Source: Alphaproteobacteria bacterium
GTDB taxonomy: Bacteria > Pseudomonadota > Alphaproteobacteria > JAPULJ01
Assembly: GCA_037387885.1 (NCBI GenBank)
Contig: JARRKQ010000009.1
Span: 1,601-65,600, forward strand
Direction: 5' to 3'
DNA: 64,000 nt
The notes under the pieces are model-generated. The model saw nothing but the letters and a program-made list of their open reading frames with translations. It searched no databases and was not told the DNA's origin. The translations under genes and the position numbers were made by a program. Shown piece by piece: positions 25,536-33,969 of the stretch. Numbering within the stretch: the stretch's first letter is position 1; each line of letters begins with the position of its first letter.

Positions 25536-25640
25536 AAAGAAAAAAGGGCCGCGCGAATCCGCGCGGCCCAAGTTTAGGGAGGAAACGCCCAAGAAGTGCG
25601 TTTACGGCTGCCAGGTCGCCGAAGCCACCCTCATGCCGCA
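25536..25640 (-). ncRNA. Candidate trans-acting sRNA (about 105 nt) with an anti-Shine-Dalgarno motif
   Basis: Minus strand: TTGAAA (25674-25669), 16-nt spacer, CATATT (25652-25647). A 5-prime stem with UUCG-capped inner hairpin follows. A single-stranded stretch CUUCUUGGGCGUUUCCUCCCUAAACUU comes next. A perfect 10-bp terminator (25546-25569) plus U6 ends it. Confidence 0.45.
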
Positions 25641-25921
25641 CTGCACAATATGCATTTCAAATTTGGGATTTCAACAAAAAAGTCCAAAGCCGCGCAGATC
25701 TGTGGGTAATTGCGGTAACCGAAATCCATAGATATCTTAGGATTTAGCGGATTTGCTGCACTAGCTAAGGCCCAATTGCATATGCAGAGGCCCCTTGGCG
25801 CATAGCTTGCGCTCGGATCCATCGCCCCTCACCTGACCCCCTACCCCCGCTGGCATGTCGATTGCAGCGTATCTGGCGCGTGCGGCGCGGCAGCGCCCGA
25901 ACGCTCCGTGAGGGAGTATTG

Positions 25922-26791
25922 ATGACGCGATTTCTTCGATTTTTGTGGGTGGCTGCCCTTGTGTGGCTGGGCCTGACCGGGCTCGCCCTCACCCCATCTT
26001 GGGCCAAAGGAAATTCACATAAATCATTGTTATCAAATGATTTATGCGCCTCGATCATCGCGCAAGCCGAGCGCCGCCACGGGATCCCGGCCCGGTTGCT
26101 GCGCGCAATCTCGCTGGCCGAGACCGGCCGGGTCGACCCGCGCAGCAAGGCAATGATTGCCTGGCCCTGGGCAGTCAATGCCGGCGGCACGGGCCATTAT
26201 CACGCCACAAAGGCCAAGGCGATTGCGGCGGTCAAGCGCCTGCGGGCCAAGGGCGCGCGCAACATCGATGTCGGCTGCATGCAGGTCAACCTGATGCACC
26301 ACCCCAAGGCCTTTCCCAATCTCCAGGCCGCCTTCGATCCCCGCCAGAACGTCGCTTATGCCGCCAAATTCCTGAAGGATCTGCACGCCAAGACCGGCTC
26401 CTGGATCGACGCCGTCGCCGCCTATCATTCGAGTGTCGCCCATCAGGGCACACCCTACATGCTGCGGGTGCTGCGCATCTGGGTCGACAGGCGCGCCCGG
26501 CCCCGGACCAAGGCCGTGGCGGCACGGAGCGGCGGGCGCCCCGGCGCGATCGGGCGCACCAAGCGCGCGCGCGCCGCGGCCCAGTCCCGCACCGCCAGCT
26601 CCCGCAGCGCCAGTCTCGTCCGCCGGGCCAGCGCCCGGAGCCCCAAAGCGGTCAAGCGCCGCTGGGCCGAAGTGGTCGCGCGCCGCAAACGCTTCGCCGA
26701 ATGGCTGGCCCAACGCCAGTCACAGCGCCGCATAAAGCAACAAGGCGAGCTGCAAGCCGGGCAAACGAATACCGCCGGAAATCCTGGATAA
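25922..26791 (+). CDS. Lytic transglycosylase (SLT domain) with a basic C-terminal tail
   Basis: Signal peptide MTRFLRFLWVAALVWLGLTGLALTPSWA. SLT motifs AISLAETG, GCMQVN, AYHS. Arg/Ala-rich tail. Confidence 0.8.
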   Translation: MTRFLRFLWVAALVWLGLTGLALTPSWAKGNSHKSLLSNDLCASIIAQAERRHGIPARLLRAISLAETGRVDPRSKAMIAWPWAVNAGGTGHYHATKAKAIAAVKRLRAKGARNIDVGCMQVNLMHHPKAFPNLQAAFDPRQNVAYAAKFLKDLHAKTGSWIDAVAAYHSSVAHQGTPYMLRVLRIWVDRRARPRTKAVAARSGGRPGAIGRTKRARAAAQSRTASSRSASLVRRASARSPKAVKRRWAEVVARRKRFAEWLAQRQSQRRIKQQGELQAGQTNTAGNPG

Positions 26792-26906
26792 TTCGCGCGA
26801 CGAATACTGCCTCTAGTCTTTGCCGGTAAAGCGTTCGCTTTTCCCATTAACCATTCTGTGTTACCCCGCATGCTCTATTGCGGTATGCACGAGGGGGAAG
26901 CACCGC

Positions 26907-28057
26907 ATGGCCGCAGCCGACGGCTGGTTCAAGACGCGCACATTCGGGGACCGCTTCATAGTCGAAGCAGGTGGACGGTGGAACGTCCAGACCGTCGAAG
27001 AGATCGAAGGCCAGCTTCGCGGCATCGGCGCGCAGGCGCGGTCGGGTCAGACCAACGGGACGGCCCTGATCGACGTGACCGGGCTCGATGCGCTCGACGC
27101 AGCGGGCGCCTGGCTGATCACCCGAACCCGCCTCGGCCTGAAAGCCGTGGGCATCGATGCGACCGTGGAGGGCGCCAAACCCTCCCACGCGGCGCTGCTC
27201 GAGCGCGTGGAGAAGGCGCTCGCCCACGAAGAGCTCGAGCCGCGCACCGATCACATTCTGCTGCGATTCGTCTCGTCGATCGGCAAGGCGCAATTCGACA
27301 TGCTCGCCGTGGCGCGGGACCTGCTGTCGTTTTTCGGTCTGGTCCTGGTCGTCTTCGCCCGCGTGCTGCTGCGGCCCGGGCGCCTGCGCTTGACCTCTAC
27401 GGTCTACCGAATGCAGGCGGTGGGCATCAATGCGCTGCCCATCGTCGGGCTGCTGTCCTTCCTGATCGGCGTCGTGGTGGCGTTTCAGGGCGCCGACCAG
27501 CTGGCGCAGTTCGGCGCCGAGATCTTCACCGTCAACCTGCTCGGCGTCTCGATCCTGCGCGAGCTCGGCGTGCTCTTGACCGCGATCTTGATCGCCGGCC
27601 GCTCGGGCAGCGCCTTCACCGCCCAGATCGGCACCATGAAGGTGAACCAGGAAGTCGACGCATTGCAGACCATCGGCCTCGACCCGGTGGAGGTGCTGGT
27701 GGTGCCGCGCGTGCTCGCGCTCATGATCATGCTGCCGATCCTGGTCTTCTACGCCGACCTCATGGGGCTCCTGGGCGGCATGGTGATGGCGACCACGGTG
27801 CTCGACATCTCGCTCACCACCTTCCTCAAGCAACTCCAGAGCGCCGTCAATCTCACGACCTTCGCCATAGGCATGGTCAAGGCGCCGGTCTTCGCCTTCT
27901 TGATCGCGCTGGTCGGCTGTTCTTCGAGGGCTTCAACGTGTCGGGCAGCGCCGAAAGCGTCGGCCAGAAGACAACGGCGTCGGTCGTGGAGGGTATCTTC
28001 CTCGTCATTGTATTCGACGCGGCCTTCTCCATCTTATTCTCAATACTGGGTATTTAG
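26907..28057 (+). pseudogene. mlaE: MlaE-family ABC permease with N-terminal STAS-like domain, frameshifted as sequenced near 27920
   Basis: Frame 1 reads to ...KAPVFAFLIALVGC. The conserved end FFEGFNVSGSAESVGQKTTASVVEGIFLVIVFDAAFSILFSILGI is in the frame of ORF 26858..28057. Length 1151 nt, which is 2 mod 3. Confidence 0.8.
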
Positions 28058-28062
28058 GACCG

Positions 28063-28824
28063 ATGGAGAACGACGCGATCATCAGCGTGCGCGGGCTCCG
28101 AACCCAGTTCGGAACCAACGTCATCCACGACGATCTCGACCTCGACGTCCGTCGCGGCGAGGTGCTGGGCGTGGTCGGCGGATCGGGCACCGGCAAGTCG
28201 GTGCTGCTGCGCACGATCATCGGTCTCAACAAGGCGCGCGCCGGCACGATCAGCGTCTTCGGCGATAACGTCACCGAGATGAACGACGCCCAACAGCGCG
28301 CCATGCAGCAGCGCTGGGGCGTGCTGTTCCAGGACGGCGCGTTGTTCAGCTCGCTCACCGTGGCGCAGAACATTCAGGTGCCGCTGAAAGAGCACACGCA
28401 TCTCCGAAAAGACGTCATCGACGAGCTCGCCTGTGTGAAGGTCGATATCGTCGGCCTGCCGCCCAACGCCGCCAACAAGTTCCCTTCGGAGCTGTCCGGC
28501 GGCATGCGCAAACGTGCCGGCTTGGCGCGCTCGTTGGCGCTCGATCCGGAACTCGTCTTCCTCGACGAGCCGACCGCCGGGCTCGACCCGATTGGTGCGG
28601 CGGCCTTCGACAATCTTATCCGTGACTTGCAGCAGAGTTTGAACCTGACCGTTTTCATGGTAACCCACGACCTCGACTCGCTCGCGGCGATCTGTGATCG
28701 CATCGCTGTACTGATCGACAAAAAGATCGTGGTCGACACCATGGAAAACCTGATGCAGCTCGACCATCCCTGGATTCAGGAATATTTCCATGGGCCCCGC
28801 GCGCGCGCGGCGCTCCAGCGATGA
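28063..28824 (+). CDS. mlaF: MlaF-like ABC transporter ATP-binding protein
   Basis: Walker A GGSGTGKS, signature LSGGMRKR, Walker B LVFLDEP. Confidence 0.85.
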   Translation: MENDAIISVRGLRTQFGTNVIHDDLDLDVRRGEVLGVVGGSGTGKSVLLRTIIGLNKARAGTISVFGDNVTEMNDAQQRAMQQRWGVLFQDGALFSSLTVAQNIQVPLKEHTHLRKDVIDELACVKVDIVGLPPNAANKFPSELSGGMRKRAGLARSLALDPELVFLDEPTAGLDPIGAAAFDNLIRDLQQSLNLTVFMVTHDLDSLAAICDRIAVLIDKKIVVDTMENLMQLDHPWIQEYFHGPRARAALQR

Positions 28825-28833
28825 GAGGCGAAC

Positions 28834-29790
28834 ATGGAAACCCGCGCTAGTTACCTGCTCGTCGGCAGCTTCGTGCTTCTGGTCATTGCGGCCGCGTTCG
28901 GTTTCGTGCTCTGGATCGCCAAGGGACAGATCGTCAAGGACACGGCCAAGTATCAGGCTTACTTCTCGAACACCGTCACCGGCCTGCAGGTCGGCAGCCC
29001 GGTGCGCTATCGCGGCATTCCGGCGGGCGAGGTCACGGAGATCAAGGTCTCGGCCAAGGACCCCAACCTGGTCGAAGTCACCTTCGAGATCGACAAGAAA
29101 AAGAAGAACCTGGTGATCCACCGCTTCTCCACCGCCGTGCTCGAGACCCAGGGCATCACCGGCGTCGCCTTCATCCAGATCAAAGCCGACCAGTCGGCAC
29201 TGGCGGCCTGGCGCAAGCGGACGGGCGATCCCACCGGCATCCCAGGCGATCCGCCGATCCGGAAGGAGCTGGGCGCGCGCTACCCGACGCTCGCCGCCGA
29301 GGGCTCGGGCTTCGAGAAGATCCTGACGAGCCTGCCCAAGGCGCTCAATCAGATCCGAGAATTGGCGGAACGCGCGAGCAAGCTGCTCGACGATGAAAAC
29401 CGCCTGGCGATCAAGAACACGCTCGCTAACATCACGAAGATGTCCAAGCAGCTGTCTGAAAGCAGCGAAGGCATCGACAAGCTCTTCAAGAACGTCGACA
29501 AGGCGGTCGTCAGCATCGAGAAAGCCGCGCGCGAATTGCCGCCGGCGGTCAACGACATGCGCACCGGTATGAAGAATTTCAGCAACATGAGCGCGGAGAT
29601 CAGAGGTCTCATCGCCGAGAACCGGCGGCCCTTGCGCGACTTCACCGCGACCGGGCTCTACGAGTTCTCGCTCTTCATCACCGAGGCGCGCCAGTTGGTG
29701 AAGAACCTGAACCGCGTCTCCAAGCGTTTCGAGGGAGACCCCTCGCGGTTCCTGTTCGGCAACACGCAAAAGGGATACCGCCCCCGATGA
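28834..29790 (+). CDS. mlaD: MlaD/MCE-domain substrate-binding protein
   Basis: N-terminal TM (YLLVGSFVLLVIAAAFGFVLWI) followed by an MCE domain (VTGLQVGSPVRYRGIPAGEVTEI). Confidence 0.8.
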   Translation: METRASYLLVGSFVLLVIAAAFGFVLWIAKGQIVKDTAKYQAYFSNTVTGLQVGSPVRYRGIPAGEVTEIKVSAKDPNLVEVTFEIDKKKKNLVIHRFSTAVLETQGITGVAFIQIKADQSALAAWRKRTGDPTGIPGDPPIRKELGARYPTLAAEGSGFEKILTSLPKALNQIRELAERASKLLDDENRLAIKNTLANITKMSKQLSESSEGIDKLFKNVDKAVVSIEKAARELPPAVNDMRTGMKNFSNMSAEIRGLIAENRRPLRDFTATGLYEFSLFITEARQLVKNLNRVSKRFEGDPSRFLFGNTQKGYRPR

Positions 29791-30524
29791 TGGTCAGACA
29801 GGTCACAACCGCCGTCGCGCGGCATGGCATCAATGCGGTCTTAGCCCTTTCGCTGGTCGGCCTCGGGGCGTGCTCGTCGATCATTCCCGGCGCCGACCGC
29901 GACCCGCCCAAGCTCTACGACCTCTCGCCGAAGAGCACCTTCGCCAAGAACCTGCCGCGCGCGCACTGGCAGCTTGTCGTCGAGCCGCCGATCGCGGCCG
30001 CCGGTCTCTCCTCGGCGCGGATCGCGCTCAAACGCCATCTGCTGCGTCTCGAGTACTACGCCCAGGCCGCCTGGACCGACACGACGCCGACGATGATCCA
30101 GACGCTGATCATCGAGTCGTTTGAGAACTCCAAGAAGATCGTCTCCGTCGGCCGCACCTCCGCGGGCCTGCGCTCCGACTACGTGCTGCAGACGAGCCTG
30201 CGCGAATTCCAGGCCGAGTACAGCAACAAACGCCTGACCGAAAAGGCGACGAAGAAGTCTGAGAACAAGAGCGCGGCCGGACCGACTGTCCGCGTCAGCA
30301 TCAATGCCAAGCTGGTCAAGATGCCCGAGCGGACGATCATTGCCAGCCGCACTTTCGATCACGTGGTGATCGCGAACTCCAACGGCATGGAAGAGATCGT
30401 CGCGGCCTTCGACGACGCGCTCGGCAAGGCGCTCAAACGCATCGTTCAATGGACGCTCGTTCGGGGCCATCGCAATTGGCGGCGCTACGGACGACGGCGA
30501 CAAGTCTCTGCGCTGGACCGCTAG
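29787..30524 (+). CDS. ABC-type transport auxiliary lipoprotein (DUF330-like)
   Basis: Lipobox LVGLGAC. Start overlaps the mlaD stop (ATGA). This is the usual fourth gene of this Mla-like operon type. Confidence 0.7.
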   Translation: MMVRQVTTAVARHGINAVLALSLVGLGACSSIIPGADRDPPKLYDLSPKSTFAKNLPRAHWQLVVEPPIAAAGLSSARIALKRHLLRLEYYAQAAWTDTTPTMIQTLIIESFENSKKIVSVGRTSAGLRSDYVLQTSLREFQAEYSNKRLTEKATKKSENKSAAGPTVRVSINAKLVKMPERTIIASRTFDHVVIANSNGMEEIVAAFDDALGKALKRIVQWTLVRGHRNWRRYGRRRQVSALDR

Positions 30525-30536
30525 AGCGGATCACGA

Positions 30537-30567
30537 TTGGATTGGATCACTTTGTGACCCAATCCAA
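30537..30567 (+). terminator. Long near-perfect hairpin after the Mla-like operon
   Basis: TTGGATTGGATCAC-TTT-GTGACCCAATCCAA (14 bp, one mismatch), 13 nt after the stop. No immediate U-run, so it may be a REP-type element instead. Confidence 0.4.
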
Positions 30568-30649
30568 GAGCGATCCGATCCAGGCCTTTTGACCGAGGCC
30601 TAGTTATGTGAAGCTGGGGTCTTCGGGTTCATAACGACAGCCGTTTCCC

Positions 30650-31825
30650 ATGACCTTCGATGTTTCCCGCGCCCGTGCGGACACGCCCGGCTGCGAGCGC
30701 GTGCTCCACTTCAATAATGCCGGGGCTGGTCTGATGCCGGCACCGGTTCTCGCCGCGGTCAAGGACCACCTCAACGCCGAGGCGCTGAACGGCGGCTACG
30801 AAGCGGCCAATGCGGCCTACGATTGGGTCGAGCGCACATACAAGGCGGCGGCGCAAATGCTGAACTGCGCCCCCGACGAGATCGCGCTGATCGAGAACGC
30901 GACGCGCGCCTGGGACATGGCGTTCTATTCGTTCCGGTTCTCAGCGGGCGACCGCATCCTGACGGCCGAGGCCGAATACGCCAGCAACTACATCGCCTAT
31001 CTGCAGATCGCCCGCGCCACCGGCGCCACGATCGAGGCGATCCCCAGCGACGAGCACGGCCAGGTCTCGGCCGAGGCGCTGGCGAACATGCTCGACGACA
31101 CGGTCAAGCTGATCGCGATCACCCATGTGCCGACCAATGGCGGCCTCGTGAACCCCGCCGCCGCGATCGGCCGGATCGCCAAGGACGCCGGCATCCCCTT
31201 CCTGCTCGACGCCTGCCAGTCGGTCGGCCAGATGCCGGTCGATGTCGAGGCGATCGGCTGCGACATCCTTTCCGCGACCGGCCGCAAATACCTCCGCGGG
31301 CCGCGCGGTACGGGGATCCTCTATGTCCGCCGCGGCCTGATCGAGACGCTGGAGCCGCCCTTCCTCGATCTTCACGCCGCCGAATGGACCGGGACCGACA
31401 GCTTCACGATCCGCACTGACGCCAAACGCTTCGAGACCTGGGAGGGCAGCGTCGCCGGCAAGATCGGCCTGGGCGTCGCGATCGACTACGCGCTCGGCTG
31501 GGGCCTAGAGGCGATCTACGACCGGATCACCAGCCTTGCCGCGCAGGTGCGCGACGGCCTCGTCGCGATCCAGGGCGTCGAGCTCCGCGATCTGGGCGCC
31601 GAGCGCTGCGGCATCATCACCTTCACCAAAGAGGGCGCAAGCCCAACGGATATTCAGAAAGCATTGGCCGGGGAAAGGATCAACATCGCGGTCAGCCCGC
31701 GCAACTTCACGCGCCTCGACATGGACGCCCGCGATCTCGACGCGCTGGCCCGCGCCTCGGTCCACTACTACAACACCGAGAACGAGGTGCGCCGCTTCTG
31801 TGAGGCGGTGGCCGCGATTCCCTAA
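30650..31825 (+). CDS. Class V aminotransferase (cysteine desulfurase / selenocysteine lyase-like)
   Basis: 391 aa. LHFNNAGAGLMP...ITHVPTNGGLVNP...LLDACQSVGQMPVDV...SATGRKYLRGPRGTG (PLP-Lys region). Confidence 0.8.
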   Translation: MTFDVSRARADTPGCERVLHFNNAGAGLMPAPVLAAVKDHLNAEALNGGYEAANAAYDWVERTYKAAAQMLNCAPDEIALIENATRAWDMAFYSFRFSAGDRILTAEAEYASNYIAYLQIARATGATIEAIPSDEHGQVSAEALANMLDDTVKLIAITHVPTNGGLVNPAAAIGRIAKDAGIPFLLDACQSVGQMPVDVEAIGCDILSATGRKYLRGPRGTGILYVRRGLIETLEPPFLDLHAAEWTGTDSFTIRTDAKRFETWEGSVAGKIGLGVAIDYALGWGLEAIYDRITSLAAQVRDGLVAIQGVELRDLGAERCGIITFTKEGASPTDIQKALAGERINIAVSPRNFTRLDMDARDLDALARASVHYYNTENEVRRFCEAVAAIP

Positions 31826-31843
31826 GGCAGAAAGCCGATTGGG

Positions 31844-33406
31844 CTAGCCGAAATCGACATTGGCCATCACGAAGACTTCGACGTCCTCGGCGACGTTGTG
31901 GAAACTTTGGGTACCCAGAGAGCGCAAGTCGGCCGGCAGACGCTGCGCGACATCGGCCGACAACAGCAGCGGCTGCTCCAACGTCTTGCAGTGGTCGCTG
32001 AGCCGCGCGGCGACATTCGCCGCCGAGCCGATCACCGTGAAGTCGAGCCGTTTGGGGGCGCCGATATTGCCGTAGGTCACTTCGCCGAAATGCAGTCCGA
32101 TGGCGCATTGCATGGCCGGACAGCCCGGACGCGCCGGTGCAGCGGCCACCCGTGCGATGATTTCCTGGGCCGCCCCCCAGGCGCGTTCGCAGGCGGCAGC
32201 ACTCGCCGCTTCGTCCTCCTCCCCCTCCTCGAGCGGGAAGATGGCCAGCACGGCATCGCCGATGAACTTCAGCACCTCGCCGTCCCGAGCGTGGATCGGC
32301 TCGACCGCGCGCTCAAAGAAATTGTTCAGCAGATCGAGATAGACCTGACGCGTAAGCGATTCGGCGAGCGCCGTTGAGTCGCGCAAGTCGCAAAACAGGA
32401 TCGCTGCGCGGATATTCTCGCCGTCGCCGCGGCGGGTCAGCCCCCCGAGCACTTGGCGTCCCGTGCGCTTTCCGAGATAGGTTTCGAAAAGGTCGGTGGC
32501 GTTTCGCCGGAGCGTCAGCACCTCGTAGAACCGGCCCAAGGTGAACGCCACGGGAAACACCTGGCCGAGGGTCGCGGTCGAGAACCCGTCGGGATGATCG
32601 GTGGCCAGGGTCAAGGTCTGGAATTGCCCGTCGGAGAACGGCAACGGCATGGCGACATAGTCGGTGCCGCCGCTCGAGCGCAGCTCGTTCAGGATCGGAA
32701 ACTGGAACTCCGGATCGTCGATGTCGAGGCGCTGCCGCACACCGCCCAGCCCCTCGCTGACGTGATGGACAGGACTGTTGAGATAGGCCGGCGTGTGGAG
32801 AATGCCGTGCGGCGTATCGCTCTCGACAACGCCTTCACGGTCGCGCGCCCAGGTGAACCGCTGGCCGGCCAGCTCCGGATGCAGGGTCCAGACGTTGATC
32901 ATCAACCGCCACAGCGGCATGCCGATCGCCAGCAGGTGCTGTGCCAGCTGCTCGGTCAGCTCCGCCGGCGTCTTGCAGGTCCAGGCCCGCGTCAGCACCC
33001 AGTGGATCAGCGGGCTGTCGCCGATCGGCGCGGGCGTGTCCTCCGGCAATGGTCCGTCGCAGGACAGCTCCTCCACCACATCGGGGTAGAACGCGACATA
33101 GCCGTCGACCGGCCGCGCCTCGGTGAGCGGCGCCTCGTAGCTCCATGCCTTGTTTTCCAGCGTGGCGCCCGGCAGCTGCAGGTTCCAGTGGTGGGCGGTG
33201 CCCTTGAACGGGCAGAAGGTGCGGAAGGGCGACGGCGCGAGCAGTCCGTCGCGCACATCCGACTTGGGGAAGTAGCACTGCGACGGCATGTAACTTTCGT
33301 GCATCACCAGCACGCCCGTGCTGTCCGCGACGACCTCTCCGCCGATACGGACGCGGACGCGGTCTTCGACCGGCTCGACCGTTATTCTGTAATTGAACCC
33401 ACTCAT
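31844..33406 (-). CDS. Class III adenylate/guanylate cyclase with N-terminal DUF427-like domain
   Basis: The N-terminus (RVRIGGEVVADSTGVLVMHESYMPSQCYFPKSDV...FCPFKGTAHHW) looks DUF427-like. The C-terminus (AAILFCDLRDSTALAE...KFIGDAVLAIFP...GLHFGEVTYGNIG...DFTVIGSAANVAARL) is a cyclase. Confidence 0.8.
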   Translation of the reverse strand: MSGFNYRITVEPVEDRVRVRIGGEVVADSTGVLVMHESYMPSQCYFPKSDVRDGLLAPSPFRTFCPFKGTAHHWNLQLPGATLENKAWSYEAPLTEARPVDGYVAFYPDVVEELSCDGPLPEDTPAPIGDSPLIHWVLTRAWTCKTPAELTEQLAQHLLAIGMPLWRLMINVWTLHPELAGQRFTWARDREGVVESDTPHGILHTPAYLNSPVHHVSEGLGGVRQRLDIDDPEFQFPILNELRSSGGTDYVAMPLPFSDGQFQTLTLATDHPDGFSTATLGQVFPVAFTLGRFYEVLTLRRNATDLFETYLGKRTGRQVLGGLTRRGDGENIRAAILFCDLRDSTALAESLTRQVYLDLLNNFFERAVEPIHARDGEVLKFIGDAVLAIFPLEEGEEDEAASAAACERAWGAAQEIIARVAAAPARPGCPAMQCAIGLHFGEVTYGNIGAPKRLDFTVIGSAANVAARLSDHCKTLEQPLLLSADVAQRLPADLRSLGTQSFHNVAEDVEVFVMANVDFG

Positions 33407-33548
33407 CGCTAGTTCGGTCAGCCCACCCTAAACCCATGATCTCAATGGGATTTTTATCCTTTTCCCGAATAACAACGATTATATCCGAATTCCCGATTTG
33501 AACACGCCGGATCGCCAGGGCCCTCGACCGAAGCATCCCAAAGCAAAA

Positions 33549-33570
33549 GCGCCCGCTAAAAAGCGGGCGC
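33549..33570 (-). terminator. rpmE intrinsic terminator
   Basis: Minus strand: GCGCCCGC-TTTTTA-GCGGGCGC followed by TTTTGCTTT. Confidence 0.75.
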
Positions 33571-33605
33571 CCGTATGCTCGAAATCCGGCGGAAATCGGC
33601 GGATA

Positions 33606-33830
33606 CTAGCTCTTCAGCCCGATCCCGCTGAAGCGCTTGTTGAACTTGGCGAGCTGGCCGCCGGAATCGATCAGCCGGTGCACGCCGGTCCAGGCCGGGT
33701 GCGACTTGGGATCGATGTCGAGGCGCATCGTGTCGCCCGGCTTGCCCCAGGTCGAGCGGGTCGTGAACTCGGTGCCGTCGGTCATCACCACGTTGATCTC
33801 GTGGTACTCCGGATGGGTGTCTTTCTTCAT
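33606..33830 (-). CDS. rpmE: 50S ribosomal protein L31
   Basis: [49 protein letters not shown]... (74 aa). Confidence 0.9.
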   Translation of the reverse strand: MKKDTHPEYHEINVVMTDGTEFTTRSTWGKPGDTMRLDIDPKSHPAWTGVHRLIDSGGQLAKFNKRFSGIGLKS

Positions 33831-33883
33831 CGTCGGCCTAGCTGGTCTTGGAATAGGGAATCGCCGCGATGCGGCTGCCGCGG

Positions 33884-33913
33884 ATATATAGGTTAGGGCC
33901 CGGCCACTGGCAA
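33884..33913 (-). promoter_or_regulatory. Candidate sigma-70-type promoter of rpmE
   Basis: Minus strand: TTGCCA (33913-33908), 18-nt spacer, TATATA (33889-33884), about 50 nt upstream of the rpmE ATG. Confidence 0.4.
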
Positions 33914-33969
33914 GCGATCCGGTCGCTTGCTATATCAGCCCGGTCCTTGAAGCACCGCGACGCGGCCAC

